From Tubiluchus corallicola (lineage: Eukaryota; Animalia; Priapulida): a DNA stretch of 64,000 nt. The notes beneath the pieces were generated by a model. The model was given only the letters and a program-made list of their open reading frames with translations, was not told the DNA's origin and ran no database searches. How positions within the stretch are numbered: the first letter of the stretch is position 1; every line of letters begins with the position of its first letter. Of this stretch, positions 1-13,850 are shown in pieces. Both the position numbers and the translations under genes were made by a program. The stretch covers positions 124,001 to 188,000 of the forward strand of contig JAQGDQ010000118.1 of the NCBI GenBank assembly GCA_030141605.1, in the 5' to 3' direction.

Positions 1-75
1 TGTCAACCAGGATTTGAACTCAGTATGTTGTGATTTCAGGTAACATGCTCTAAGAATTGGAGCTATCAAACCACA
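1..75 (-). mobile_element. tRNA-derived SINE head (degenerate)
   Basis: Reverse complement has an A-box-like tagctccaattcttagagc and a B-box-like gagttcaaatcc. No complete cloverleaf. Confidence 0.5.
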
Positions 76-556
76 TGGCCAAAGCAGGTTTGAATTATCA
101 CAGTAGCCAGCATGGAATCGGTCAGTGCTACCTATCCAACGTAAAGAGAAATTAATTAATAAGCTGGAGCCTTAGTAGGGAAAGCAATGTCCACACACTA
201 CTACAGTTTTGACACAAAAGCGAAAAATTGCTATAATGATAAAAGTTTTATGATAATACCAATAACTGTAGATTTTCGACAAATTCTTTCAAAAGTATAC
301 CTACAATTTTTAAAGGTTTTACTAGAAAAGTATTGAGAGCTACATCTACTGCAGCACCAAATTAATAATCTGAATGCTTTAATTAGTGCCGTTTCAAAAT
401 GTGTGGTTTTATCACATCTCAATCCTTATTTTTAAACTCGCCAGTGAGAGCTTTGAATTGACACAGTCCACTATAAGGCAAGCATTCGGCATTTCAACAA
501 ATTACACTAATAATGTATGCAGCAATATTTCTAAGCTTGAAATAAGAGAATGTTAC

Positions 557-3500
557 CTTAATAGCCATTATATCATAGTCTTGACCGGCAACAGAAACAA
601 TGGTGCCCAAGCGAAAAACTGGACAAAACTTTGCTGTTTCATTGTTTGGACTGTAGCGACATTTTGTTAGGAATTCTTTATCTGTTGTATCTAAAACATT
701 TCGCCTATCAGAAAATCAAAGAACAGAAAAGTTACAAATAACAAAATAGTGTCAAATTTCAAAAAAAAAACAAGACAACTTCAACTTAACAAAGCCTTCA
801 ACTTTAACAACTTGTATGTACCATTACATCAACCATTTTGAACATTCAGCAAACAACTGTTTAGTCTACTTGCAAATTGCCAACTTACTTTTTGAACCCA
901 AACTTTGGAAACTCAATGTTATTTTTAATCAGAACTGTAAATTCTTTGGAATCTTTAAGTAATGCTTCTCCTTTTCTGAAAAATTAACATTTAAGATCAT
1001 TAGTAAGACTCTGATTTATAATTTCTATGTTCTTTGATTATCTTTCTATATGGGATGAGAGTGGAATGCTTAGTGACTTCTTTTAACACCTAGTTTGGGA
1101 GCAATACATTACTATCGTTATACTAGCTTTGTCAATTTACAATAAAAATGTCACAAAATGCTGTTCAACTTACAAAGGAAGTTCGTCATTTTCAACGGGA
1201 CACCAAGCAAAAATTTCACAAACATTCAAGGATTCATTGCGAGTCGACTGAATACATTTACCTGTTCGTACACCTGGAAACACATTGATTAAACACACTA
1301 AATGATCAGCAGCATAAAGTATTGCACGAATAGTATATGTCTCGAAAGTGACCAGATTTTACAGAAATTCTGCAGACTGTAAACTAATAATTCCGTTAAT
1401 AAACGTCAGCAATAACCAATCATTTTCTGTACTTCAAGTCAATTTTATAGACATGATAGCATCTCTGTACTTTAGCCACAATAAAAGAGATAAAATAGAC
1501 ACTATTCTTATTAAAACCTATCACAGTATTTCGATATCCGAATGAACATCATTGTCAAGGATCAAAGTTTTAATTTAATCAGTAGCCAATCAATTTATAT
1601 CCTTCAAGAATGATAGTCTTGAAATTTAGATGTGATCATATCAATTTTATAGAAGATGAATTTCCAAATGAAGCAGGTACGAAAAATTTTGATAGATTCA
1701 TGATTCGTAATCAGTAATGAGATAAAAATTTCAACAAGCAAATTGGCATCAAGTCAATGATAACTTAATCATCAGTGAAAAAAGATGTTTAGCAGATTTA
1801 ACTGCACCTTATTCATAGTGCACTTCTAGTTTACAAAGTATTATGCAAACAATTAACAATGTTACATATGTTGCACAAATAACCATTTTGACAAAACCAC
1901 TATGTTGTTCAAATAAAACTGTATAGAAGTACAATTACGTTCAACATGTTAAATATCAGCATTTTCAAGCATAACAGTAAATTTTATTATAAACTCTGTG
2001 GATCGCCTAGTTTCTACCAACAATTTTAAATATGAACTGGATGCTCCACTGCAAAGAAAATATAATTGCTAGTAAGTTAATAGCCAGATAATCATAGACA
2101 CAACTGAGCCAAAGTATTTAACTATTTCAACAATGTTAATCGCTTAAATTAGTAAAATAAAATAGTAAAAAATTACCATTTCCATTTAGAACTGGTTCCC
2201 CAATGGGACAGTCGCTGTCTGATTTGCAAATTACGTCAGACATGTTAGGATCTTCATCACAAGCACCCTGAGTTTGATTAGGAGTTATTTCGACGTTTGT
2301 CATCACAAAAAATGCCCCATTTTCCTAGAACATATCCATAAAACCACTTGAATGTCTGCAATATCCAAAAAACAGCACAGAAAGCATTTGTCATAAAACA
2401 GTAGGAAGGGTTGGTGGAAGACATAATAAGAAAACCAAGTTACCCCACCACAATGTCAAACTGCCAATATCCTAGCAGTACAAACTGGCCAATTTACAGC
2501 ACTGTGCACATACCTAAAATCTTTAACTGAAGGCTCAACACTAGTGTTTACATGGGTAGCAAAAATCAGACTCGGGTACCCTTTTCCTTATACCAATTGG
2601 GTAAGCGGGTACCTGATTGTCAAGATTCAGTGGCAGTGATTAAATTAAAATCATTATTTGGAAATGAAGACAACTACTGGTGCAGTTCAACAAACTGAAC
2701 TGATAGGTTAACAACAAGCATTCATTTATTGCACCCTGTAAGCCTGAACACACGAGCTGTTAGTTGCGAAAGATGGTGTTTTACTTACATAGCATTGATT
2801 TCTTTATTTGCTGGACCTTAATTACTTGATTGCATGTTTTGTCAATGAGTTAGCTATGTCAACCTAGGTACCGTACTGAGCACTATTGCACAGGGTTTAC
2901 AGAAAAAAATCTATATTATCGGTTTTGTGTGATGTAAAAAAATTGTTCATTCATATCTTTGTTAGTGGCACGAAACAGGTTTCAAAATGTTAATAAACAA
3001 TTTTTTTGGATAATTAATCTCTTGGCAAAGAAATCATTTGGACGTCACACCTATGGCAAAAATGGTTTGATCTACCATCTCCCTGTTGGCTGTTAGCCTG
3101 GCACATTGCTAATGCAGCAGTTAATATTCTGCTAGTAGGTACCTACTGTAGAAATGCACAGATTAAGGTGGCAATTAAATTTTAAATTTTGGATACTAAC
3201 AATGGATACGATATTACAAATAACGTCCATGTTTTCAGAACCAGTAGAATTATCAGGCTTGAGTAATAAACACAGCGGTAATTGCCCTGGTACCTGATGG
3301 AAACTACTACTAACTTTTCAGAACTTGTTTGACTTCGCACCACAATTGTACACAGCAGAGCCTCCTATTTGAACACTACTACAACCTTAAACATTAATTT
3401 ATCCATACATACACACTATATTGTCACATTCATATATACCTGAGCTGGTTCAACATAATCGCCGACATCCCATATACGGTGATTATACAGGTGCTCCAAT

Positions 3501-6500
3501 TCCGGGGGAAAATCTGTTATGTTAGTGTAAATTGTTCCCTTGACTTTTGTAGTGGCAGCACTAGTTACTTCGTCAAAGTCTTGGTATCCTTTATTGTATA
3601 CCAAAGCATACCTAAATCAAACTAGTAAAATTAACAATCCATTTGCCAAACAGAAAATGTCTCACTAATTTTTAATAAATGCACCTCCTGAGCTAGTGAT
3701 GATGGTAATTCTTCTTTCCTGAGACGTCATTTCTGAGTAAGATAGACGATTAGATATCTAATGCTGATATATTTTAATACAGCCATTTAAATATTTAATT
3801 TTTACAGAACCAACAAGGTCTGTCACTCGAATGTTTTGTTTGAAGATCATGATCAAGCTCTAACATTTAGCATAAGCTAAATGCATAAGTTTTATTTCTG
3901 AAAAAAAAACTGTTCTACAAAATTTATAAAAAGTAGGCCTACTTGTATTATATTTTCATATTTTGGAAAATTATTTAATGAAAGATTTTGTGTTTGGAAG
4001 ATCCAGGTCTCGTTAAGTTTTCTAAAGTGATGACAAAAACCCAGAAAGTAGTGCTGATATAATATACAAATGTTTGGAAGTGGTGCTGACACCCAGTAAA
4101 CACTGTCAATAAGGGACAGTTCTGGTTTTATTACAGCTCATTCTGGCAATGCTGGCATAAAAGCAATCATTCAACATATCAGTGACAGCATGCCTCTTCG
4201 TAGCCATAATATATAGTTAACATTTCTGGCCCAGTACTGGGTTAGTTGCGGCAGTGCCTGACTACCTGTACAGAAACAAAGTAAATGGGCAAGTGCAGGC
4301 AATATACAATTGGGCCAGAACTGGCTAAAAAGAATTGCGCCACTAGCGGATTCATTATGACAAAAGCTATTTAAAAAAATTTATGAATATAATGTACACT
4401 GTATATAATTAAACACCATATTTCAGCAGCAGGCATTTCAAGTTAATTGAACGAACATTGAATAACAATTATAGACATTATGGCTCTGCAGAATCAACTG
4501 AACTCAAGTACTTAGCAGATTAAAACGTTAGTATCTTAAGATTAGAAAGCCCATTAAAAACCCAAACTCATTTCTATCCAAATGAATTGAGCCTATATGA
4601 AGCCATGATCATTTATTGATTAAATTTTACATTTATTTCAGTTACTTTAGTAAAAGTAAAATTTAGTGGTAGTGAAATATTCATTACCATCATCATCATC
4701 ATGACCACCATTGTCATCGTTGTCATAATTGTTAGTGCTCTCTTACTGCACAACTACAATGTATTTACTTATTATAAGACATAATTACAGACTGATTGTA
4801 TTATATATGCAATACAAACTAAACTGTTGGCATTCAATTAGGCTATTTTTAGTCACAAAACTGAACGAGCCACATTCAGCCTTTATTCTCTTGATTGGTT
4901 TTGCCATGCTGAATGATCAGTTGACAACACCTGCTATGCAACCTTTTCAACAGGGAGTTGGTAGTAACTAATAATTTGCTACAGTTGCATCGCAAGGGTT
5001 AAACAATAATGGTGTTTTAACTATGTTGACGTTTTCTGCAATAATCAGCATATATACATGAAGCCGTTTTCATATTAACTTGATTCCATGCAGTTGATAT
5101 TATTTAACATAATTATTGTTTAGTGTAAATGATTGTAAATGATGTATTTATCATAGTATTACATTGGTATCATCATATAATTGAATGGTATAACATGTTG
5201 AAGTTATGTGTATTATTCATTATATTTCTCTTGCTTTCAGTAATAAGTAATTAGTAAATATAGCAAACTCGCCTATTTTATAGTGTGAATATGTAAAATG
5301 CAGCATGTAATCCAAGTGTTAAAGTATAATTAAAAACACAAACTCATATGTTAATAATATTAGATGTTAATATTATGTGGGTGTGATCAAGAGTTTATGT
5401 CTCTTTAATTCTCCTCTTCCTTTTTGTAGTTTTTGCCTCTGTTGTCTAATTTGTTCTATACTTGCTCTCTCTCTCTCTATTGTATGTTAACAGTTGCATT
5501 TTTAATTATCTATACAAACTAATTTTAATTAATGCACTCCGCTAGGTGTTTTAACAAGACAATTTTTCGTGTGCTTAACCAAGCCTGTCTTTAATCAACT
5601 ACAAAATATATGCAACAGGCTTCTTAGAGTAATTTTACATTAAAACTATCATCTGTACTGCATACCATAATCTTATCTATTGCACAATAATGAAATGACT
5701 TGAAAGTTGCAGGCTGATTTTACATAAGATGTTTATTTACTTTGCATAAAATTTTGTTTAATAAATTTGTATGTCTTTTCACTGCTAGTTTGCATAGTTT
5801 GTGTGTAGGAATTAGCCTCTCTTATCAGCCAGAGCATAGCAAATATTTAGAAATCTTGTCCCGAGTACTGCATCACGAGCATTTGAGTTTACACGTTATG
5901 TTCATCATGCATTTACGGAACTACAGTGAATAAAACTAGAATGTAATAAACTACTGTCACTGCAGTTACTTGAAATCTAGATTTACTCCCTGTACTTCTG
6001 TAAATGTATGATGCGTAGCGCATAAACTCAAGTGCTCATCATGTAATCATGGAACTACAGTTACCGAAAACAAAGCTAAAATTCAACGTAGTTTACTACA
6101 ATGGGTCGATTAAGGTTTAATACAGCCTAAATTAGGTTGCCTGAATTATGCCTTAATGCAGCTAATTCTGGCACAGTAACCAGTTCCATGCTGGGCCAGT
6201 GCCAGAAGTGATCCAGTAACTTGCCAATATGCAAATGGTTCTGGCACGGAACAGGCAAGTTTTTGGCCTGATTACTGGTTCCTAACGGCTTGCCTGTAAT
6301 GTCAAGTACAGGCCCAGAATCGGCCAATGATGGTAATGTTTACTGGAAAGCCACTGACATAGGGGTGTCTAGTTTTTCGCGCTTAACTTAGCCATTACTC
6401 ACCCCACAACATAAGCAATAATGCAAACTTGAATAAATCTGTTGATAACTCCTACTTTTTTACTTCTAATATGTACAATTTTCGGAGTATCATATTCAAA

Positions 6501-6542
6501 GAATATTGCCACGCCTCTCTGCACGTATCCCCACACACCCAT
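557..6542 (-). CDS. P2RX: P2X purinoceptor (ATP-gated cation channel), 3'-partial; 6 coding exons, 265 aa visible
   Basis: Exons 6542-6403, 3611-3440, 2324-2177, 1273-1174, 975-889 and 704-557, all GT-AG with compatible phases. Translation: [47 protein letters not shown]|[26 protein letters not shown]|[24 protein letters not shown]|[16 protein letters not shown]..|..[14 protein letters not shown]|..[13 protein letters not shown]. Contains the P2X YxTxK motif, the ATP-binding TKVKG lysines and ectodomain cysteines. Remaining exons were not found in 1-556 and presumably lie left of the window. Confidence 0.96.
2541..3309. mobile_element. Possible hAT-like non-autonomous element in P2X intron 2
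   Basis: tagtgtttacat versus reverse complement tagtagtttccat at the ends, with ggtacc/gggtaccc subterminal repeats. Degenerate. Confidence 0.35.
4092..4330 (+). mobile_element. MITE-like repeat fragment beginning CCCAGTAAAC (related, oppositely oriented copy at about 6125-6346)
   Basis: cccagtaaacact..ttctgg versus reverse complement ccagtaaacatt..ttctggg. Both are rich in gcccag(t/a)actgg motifs. Confidence 0.5.
6125..6346 (-). mobile_element. MITE-like repeat fragment, same family as 4092-4330
   Basis: Ends in gtttactgg; GC-richer, with ccagt/actgg/ttctgg repeats. Confidence 0.5.
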
Positions 6543-7078
6543 TATTTACACCAGCTAAAAGAAAACCTAAATGCTAGTTAAAAATCATTTTTATCCACTT
6601 TATAACTATCATTTTAGTATTTAAGTCACGTGTATTTGTCCTACGGTAAATCGTGTGTGCAATTTGCAGCTATGCAACAGACTAAATTTAATTGCCCAAC
6701 ACAACACCGGGAATCTGCCACGCCTAACACTGTCACCAATAACAAGGCGAAACACAAATTGCTATCATGGCTGTCAGTAAAGGCTGGTAATTAAAAGAGT
6801 CTTTGTCATTGTGATTCTTGAATGCAGCACCGCCAGAACGAAAAATGAGAAAGTCGTTCAGATTACAAGAAAATGTTTATTATTTATTTGCATGCGGATA
6901 ATAATTTTCACTAACACGAAACTGATTGATTTTTTAGAATTGGATGTACATACTAGTATAAGAAGTTTTTACTGTTGCTCTTTTTTTTGTTGTCGTCATA
7001 AAAACTTTTTTATTACACTAATTATATATATTGGTATTCGCCATTATTTGACTTGTATAGCTTGGTCATCATAGATCC

Positions 7079-7440
7079 GTCAAGATAAGAAAAGCTATGC
7101 TTGATCAAGGTTAGTCTTCTATGGGCTTTATTAACAACATTATCTATAGGAGTTTGAAATTTAAGCATACTGTCGATGGTGATACCTGGATCTTTTTTTC
7201 TGTGATGCTTATAATTTCTCTAGAACTTTGTCCATGTGCCATTTTGTATATGCGACCTGCAATATCATGCCTTCCAATAGTCAGGAGTTTGCATTTTTCG
7301 GTGTTAAGTTCCATTTGCCATTGGCGACACCGTTGGTCAGCATAGCGAATATTATTTTGCATGACCTCAAAATCATCCAGGCAGCAAGCTTTTCCATATA
7401 TTTTAGTGTCGTCTGCAAACAAACTATTACCACCGTTGAA
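7079..7440 (-). mobile_element. Degenerate CR1-type LINE reverse transcriptase fragment
   Basis: SLFADDTKIY..WQMELNTEKCKLL, followed after frameshifts by EKD.GIT.D..LKF and NKAHRRLTLIKHSFSYLD. Confidence 0.82.
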
Positions 7441-9060
7441 AACTTCAGGAAGACTGTAATACATAGTTTTTTACATCGCTTATACATAATTTATGTAATA
7501 CATAGTTTTACCACAGTTACCGACATTTTCCACAGTTTCAAAATTCTCATACGCATAATGTCCTATCGTCACAATTTTTCCTGATTCAACAGAAAATAAA
7601 AAAGATTTAAGTATTCAGCACTTGATCTTTCTCGTAGTCTATCCAAGTAAGAACGGCTATGACTACGAAAAAAAATTTAAAGAACTGAAAGCTTTAAACA
7701 TATGATGTTATAGATGTATACACCATCATTACAATTATTGTTATCTCGACTTATCTTGAGAAATAAGCAAAAGAAAAGAATAATATATTCTAATTAAATC
7801 ATAACCGTTTGAGAATGTTTTATGTGAAATTTCTGTTAAATTTATATTTCAATGCCTGTTTTATTCAAGACAGTTTGGTATTTTTTATCATTAATTTTGC
7901 TGTAATTCATTTATTGCGGTTTAATTGGCTTTGCGAATATTATAATTATCAATTAGACAAAATGTAAATAATATGTGGATATAAAACCTTCTACGTAATT
8001 ATCGTGTTTTTGTCAAGCTCAGGACAATACAGAAAAAAGCTACAGAATGTTAAGTGTATAAGAATGCATTATGTCATGAGCTGGCACAAGGATACATACA
8101 CAAACTATTTATATCAAAACAAAGTGCAAGTTCTGTTCCTGAAGACATGCACTTGTTGTGTTAGCATTCTCTAATGAAAATTGCTATTCATAATTTAGTA
8201 TCATAAACACAAAAAAGCCATAACCAACACTATTTTCAGGCGTTTCAGCCAGCGAGAATTCAAGATCGCTGGCGACATGAGCAAATGCATACACGAATGA
8301 CATACATCATATAAACGAAAACATGGTCTATAACTCTAATAAAGCTGCTTTTATATTTCGTAAAAATTAAGATTTGCCAACTGACGTATGCAATGTGTAA
8401 AAGTAATCTGGTCGTGCAAGGTCACCTCTGAGGTGGCGGCGTATTTATCGCAAATCCGTAGCCAATAGTTACCTAAATCACTCGCCATTATGACAAATGG
8501 CCAAATTATATCTAGGCGAACAAAACTAGATGAAAATAAATTACAGAGAAGCAATTAAACAATTTTTCTTACGAAGCAAGGTCCAAAAAATGTGTTGCAA
8601 CTTTGCTAATGATAGGAGGTAGCTGCAAACGTCCTTCTTGAAGATCAGAAGCCCGAGCGAAAAACTGGATTTATAAACAGTTCTGCATCAAATGACGGAA
8701 GATGTTTAAAGAATTAATGCTGGAGGGAGAACAACTTGTAACATGATACATGAAAGCCAGTAAATACGAAAAGTGAAAAAAGTATAACTAAAACATGTAC
8801 CCAAAATAGGCTAGGCTAGAAACAATGGAAGTAATACACAAGAAACAATAAAACAATATTGTATCTATTGCATACAAGACAATTATAAATACAATATTGT
8901 TTCTTGTAATATGCATTACTAAGATTGTTTCTATCTTTGTACCTTTTTTATAGTATAGGTGTGATTTTAAACTTGTCAGCAAAGTCTAGCATCGATGAAA
9001 ACGATATATAAGCACTTAAAGAACACAATACAGCTATAACCGTCATCAACGAATGCCGGA

Positions 9061-10311
9061 CTACAAATGTGTTGTGATCGTATTAGAGGAACCCATCTTG
9101 TTGCTCAAGTTTGCATTATCTGCATTTGTCACAGAGAATACCACATCAACCAGATTTCTCCTGGAGAAACCCTCTCTTTCAGTTTCCCGTTTTGATTTCC
9201 GTCGACCATCTTTGTAAGCATAATTTCCTACCGATCTGGCGGAAGCCTCGCCTTTCTTTGCTACACTATTGCCATTATTCATACCATTGTTTTTGACATT
9301 ATTGGTTAGGCGGAGACAGCAGCAAAATCTGTTTTTGAAACTATATCGATATCCCGCATTAGCTATATTATACAAATAGAAATTTGTAGCAAAAACAACT
9401 GTTTCCAGAGCATTAGCTGTGTGACGAAACACGAAAAACTGAAAATATTCCTCCTCTTTTTCGATTTTCTCTGGGCAAATTGTATCTAAGATGATGAGCA
9501 CTACTGCTGGTATGGTACAGAAAACAAAGACAGCAGAAACTGATACAAGCAATATAGTTAAATTTTTATCGTCTTTTTGTGTTTGCTTGAGTTCCTCGAA
9601 AGAACTAACATGTCTTAAAGTTACGCGTCTTTTCATTGCTGAAGCGTAGCCTCGGATTATTAACGGATTCACAATGGATATGCAAATAATTGGAATGACC
9701 CGAGTAACTGCTTCTGATACGGGTAACCAAACGTACTTATACCAATCACTGTCTTGTATTTTCTTGTTGGAAATGACTTGAAAGTAAGTTTGGTTAGTAA
9801 CATTATCATATTTCTCCGCAGTTGTGTCCAGCCAAACTTCAGGAACGTGGGTCAAGAATGACAATAGCCACACGATACCAACGTTTACCTTTGCTGCACC
9901 TTTTGTCCTTAAAGCAACCGCTCTTAGTGGATGGCATATGGCAAGGTACCTGTCTAAAGTCACCAACATTATTAATAAATTACTCACGCATATGAAAGAG
10001 TTGATCAGAAAAAGCTGTACGTGTGCCGTGTAAGTGGCAAGCGCAAAAACCAAGCGAGAATAATCATAAACGTAATTTATAGCAAAAACTACGACGTATA
10101 TGAAAACAGCAAACAAATCAGAAACTGCCAGCCCTCTGAGGTAAACGTAAGACACACCCGTTAGATCACTGCTACCCCACAAAACAATGAGATTGAGGAT
10201 ATTGCCAATAGTGCCAGCGATGATTATAATCTGAAGAAATATGGTGTTGATCACGAACGCTGTCTGATCGAGCGCTGTGGTACCAAAACTCAGGGGAATC
10301 CGGCCATCCAT
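9061..10311 (-). CDS. Intronless class A (rhodopsin-like) peptide GPCR, FMRFamide/sex-peptide-receptor/B0563.6-like, 416 aa
   Basis: Single ORF with 7 hydrophobic segments, GNxxNL in TM1, LAVSD in TM2, DRYLAICHPL after TM3, FxxCxxP in TM6, NFYLY in TM7, and a CCC palmitoylation-type tail. The subfamily call comes from motif recall only. Confidence 0.93.
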   Translation of the reverse strand: MDGRIPLSFGTTALDQTAFVINTIFLQIIIIAGTIGNILNLIVLWGSSDLTGVSYVYLRGLAVSDLFAVFIYVVVFAINYVYDYSRLVFALATYTAHVQLFLINSFICVSNLLIMLVTLDRYLAICHPLRAVALRTKGAAKVNVGIVWLLSFLTHVPEVWLDTTAEKYDNVTNQTYFQVISNKKIQDSDWYKYVWLPVSEAVTRVIPIICISIVNPLIIRGYASAMKRRVTLRHVSSFEELKQTQKDDKNLTILLVSVSAVFVFCTIPAVVLIILDTICPEKIEKEEEYFQFFVFRHTANALETVVFATNFYLYNIANAGYRYSFKNRFCCCLRLTNNVKNNGMNNGNSVAKKGEASARSVGNYAYKDGRRKSKRETEREGFSRRNLVDVVFSVTNADNANLSNKMGSSNTITTHL

Positions 10312-11538
10312 GGATACGTCTCCTTTACCATTATGAAGAAGATCAGTGAATCAGTTTACCAGTTGTCCTTCACGCCAGCGACTTTATGCATGTACACACC
10401 AATACTGGATACCCTAGCTTTGCATAACACTCAGTGCATCACTCCAACATCAGCATATTTCAATTTGATTTTACACCGTTAGCGTCCTTTTGCCACCAAC
10501 AAGGAGGACGTGAAGATAAAGAGAGCTTAAATAACTATGATGGTGATCCTCCTGCTAATACACGCATGAGTCTTGATTACTTCAATGTCTATAGTTCACA
10601 TGCAGCAGGAGTATATGTTCAAATATTATCTTGATCAATATTGCGTCAGCTGCTATTGAGTAGCTTCTGCGGCATCCATTCTTGTTATTTTGCAGTTTGT
10701 GGTATATGTAATAACATCGCTGATATCTCGAGTGTCAACATTTGTTGTGAACAAACGCTACAGGTGAATCACGATGCTCCAGGACAACTACTCGTCTTTA
10801 TAAGAGCTCCGAAGACCTATCACCTGTGGCAATGCCCTTTCGGGGAAATTTACACATTGGCACGTGCACTATATGAATCAGAATTCGTTTTGTAAATCAC
10901 ATGCTAGCAGTCGCTTCAAAAGCATAGAAGTGGAAAAAATGAATTTTCCAAGTTTGATTTTCAAAGGCCTATGTTATAGCCAGAGAACGTAAATTTGTAA
11001 CCCATAGTAAAGTCTAAGTTGACTGATTCAAGTTTTATCCCAAGACTTTAATATATTAGATTTGTGGATTTGTGCACTACGCATGTGCAATTTTGAAACG
11101 CCAGTAATGACAAAGATTTGTTTGGTTTCGCTTTAAACCACTCATAAATTATTCATAGTCCAACTGTAATCACATAATGCTGCTTTCGTCCCGGTCGTAT
11201 AAAGAAAATAAAGACATTTACAACGATGTTCTACATGAATAGTATTGACAATTCTACACTAAGTATTGTTGAATTTCTGTATTCAACATTAAACAATGAA
11301 GACAAATTTACAGTGATTATAGTACAGACATGAAGAGACTAAAAAGACTGTTTTATTGATTTCCGCCACCGTACTGTTAATTTTTCAGAACATGTTTACA
11401 ATGCTTACAATATGAAAATGTTATTGTGGACAAAGACAGAGTCAGTGAGAAATTCCACTCCTTCTGAATGAGTGAATTACAACCAAAAATAACAATGGAG
11501 GACATAAACTTGCTTTTATGTTAATGAATGACAAGTTT

Positions 11539-11539
<1 letters not shown>

Positions 11540-11572
<33 letters not shown>
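11540..11572. repeat. (CAT)n microsatellite
   Basis: About 10 perfect CAT units downstream of the CYTH stop codon. Confidence 0.95.
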
Positions 11573-11574
<2 letters not shown>

Positions 11575-11859
11575 TGACAAAGATACTCAATAATGACAGT
11601 AAAAAGACACTTTCAACTCTCAGTTTCAATCACCGCTAGTGAAGGACAAAGACAGATGGCAATCAATCACTAACAGTGAGCAAATAAAATTGAGCATTTT
11701 TGTTGACAGCGACATTTTATTATACATTTGTGGCTGTCACATTGACAGCGGCAAAAAGGCAGTGAGGTTTTAAATGTCATATTTTTCTATCTTGTGACAG
11801 TATGTGCCTTATGAATAGATAACAGTACAATTCATGGCTACATTGTATAACACGACCTA

Positions 11860-13819
11860 TTACAAGTCTCCTTTTAAAATCAAGTCAACGTATGCAGCAT
11901 CTAAGAGGTCACAGTCTCTGACGTCAAGGTTCTTCATTAGTTCCCTGGCTATGGCTTCACCTTCTGCTATGCCTTGGTCAGGCTTTAACACGACCTGAAT
12001 TGAAATTTGAAGAATTAGATTCAAAGAAAAAATGAAAACAGAAAACAAAAAAAGGAACAAGCGTATTATTCGCCATTTTTATACAACTCTGCCCAGCTGA
12101 AACTGAGAATCCCATAGCAGAGCACACTCAATGGGGATGGTTATGGCGGGACTAACGCCTGGTTCATTATGAAGTCCTAAATCTAAGACCATTCTAAAAC
12201 TAAGATAAGATAATGAAACTGTAGCAGCGTCTTAGTCACACTGGGACGTGAATACTTTTTTATAATCCTTAGCAAGGTAAATTGCAAGAACCAGTATGCT
12301 GAATGAAATCACCGAGAGCGAATGTTGGACTTGTTGAGTACTGAATGCCAATCCATCTATTAACCAGCCTTGGTATTCCTTAACTTCGGCATCTAGAGTG
12401 TACGAAGCCAAATTTCGAAGCCCTTGTATTCTTAGAGTGACTGCGCATCGCCATTATAGCTGAAGGTATTGTCATTTGTGCAAATGCTTAAATCTAAGTC
12501 TAAAATTTGGACCATTTTTTGCTACCTCAAGTTCCATGAAATATCCCAATGATTCTACGGCATCACAATGTACTCTGGTCTGTCCCACAAGATAGAGCCA
12601 CCTTTCTTTCTTCACAACACCTCTCACTCCAAAGGCTTTGCTAAGAATATTCTACAAAATGTTAAAAAGGTTGAAATAAACTTGTTGATTTTGGAAAGTG
12701 CGTATTTCATATTAATACCTAACGAATTGAAAAATACAGGGCGGTTTATAGTTTTGTAGTAAATTAATATTTGGAGCGAGAATAGACAGTTCAAAATAAA
12801 CATAAAAATAATTAAATGTTTTAATTCGAAATTGAAAGTCAAATCCTAATTACGTATGGCTTACAGATTTAACAGTAATTATTATACTGTATTGAGCAAC
12901 TGTTGCAGTATGTATAAGGCTTACCTTTAAGCCTGCAGCATCAGTAATTGTTGTAATGCAATAGTCACTGATCTTTGGACCTGTTGCATCAGGACGCTCG
13001 TAATGTATTAATTGAGCAGGTTGACCCTTATAAAAGAATAGGTTAAGTTGTATATTATGTAAGTACACTGTAACATATTACTAAGTATCATCACTCAGGT
13101 TTAAATGGTTTCAAAACAGCCAGAATCAGCATGCCGAATGAAACCTCAAGAAGGAGTGTCCAATTCAGGCAGCCATGAGCCATGTTCGCGTAGCCACCTA
13201 GCTATGAACTCCGCTGTTTGTGATAGTGATGTCACTGACGTTTTGGGGTATTTTCTGAGGAAATATTATGTAGCCGTTCACAATCAGGCAAACCTTCTAT
13301 CACAACATCACAAGATTTTTTTATTGTAAAGATCTCATTTCTGCTAACCCTACAACATATGGTACGGCAACGTCCATCTCATTATAATGATGAATATAAT
13401 GTGCTTGTGTGTAAAAACTTTTGAATGGGCGCAAAAAAACAAACAAAAAGATCAAAGATTCGAAAGCCCAATATACTACATGGATTGTTGACACTTGCTC
13501 CGCTTGGCCTTGTGATATGCGAAATAAAAGCTGGTGATGAGACGACTTTAATTGTACCAATTGACTTAAGGTCAAATGTCACTAAAAGGTCACAGTAGCA
13601 AAGCGACACAAGTAGTGTACTACATTACATGCGTCAGAAAATGGCAATTTGTCTTACGAAGAGGATTGTTCGTTGATTTACAGAAGAGAGCTGCTTGGTG
13701 TCATCTCGCCATACTGTGATACTACTTCGGTTACATGTATTTACTTCACTGGGGCATATATATATATGCTATATATATATATATATATATGTCCCAGTGA
13801 AGTAAACACATGTAACCGA

Positions 13820-13850
<31 letters not shown>

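Noticed and set aside
231-422. ORF ending TVIGIIIKLL as the next P2X exon (GGVIGIxIxWxC)
   Set aside because: It lacks the GG start, the following W-x-C and suitable splice sites; a chance resemblance.
2700-2750. miR-92-like seed tattgcac...gcctga
   Set aside because: No convincing precursor hairpin with the upstream arm, and it is antisense within a repeat-like intron segment.
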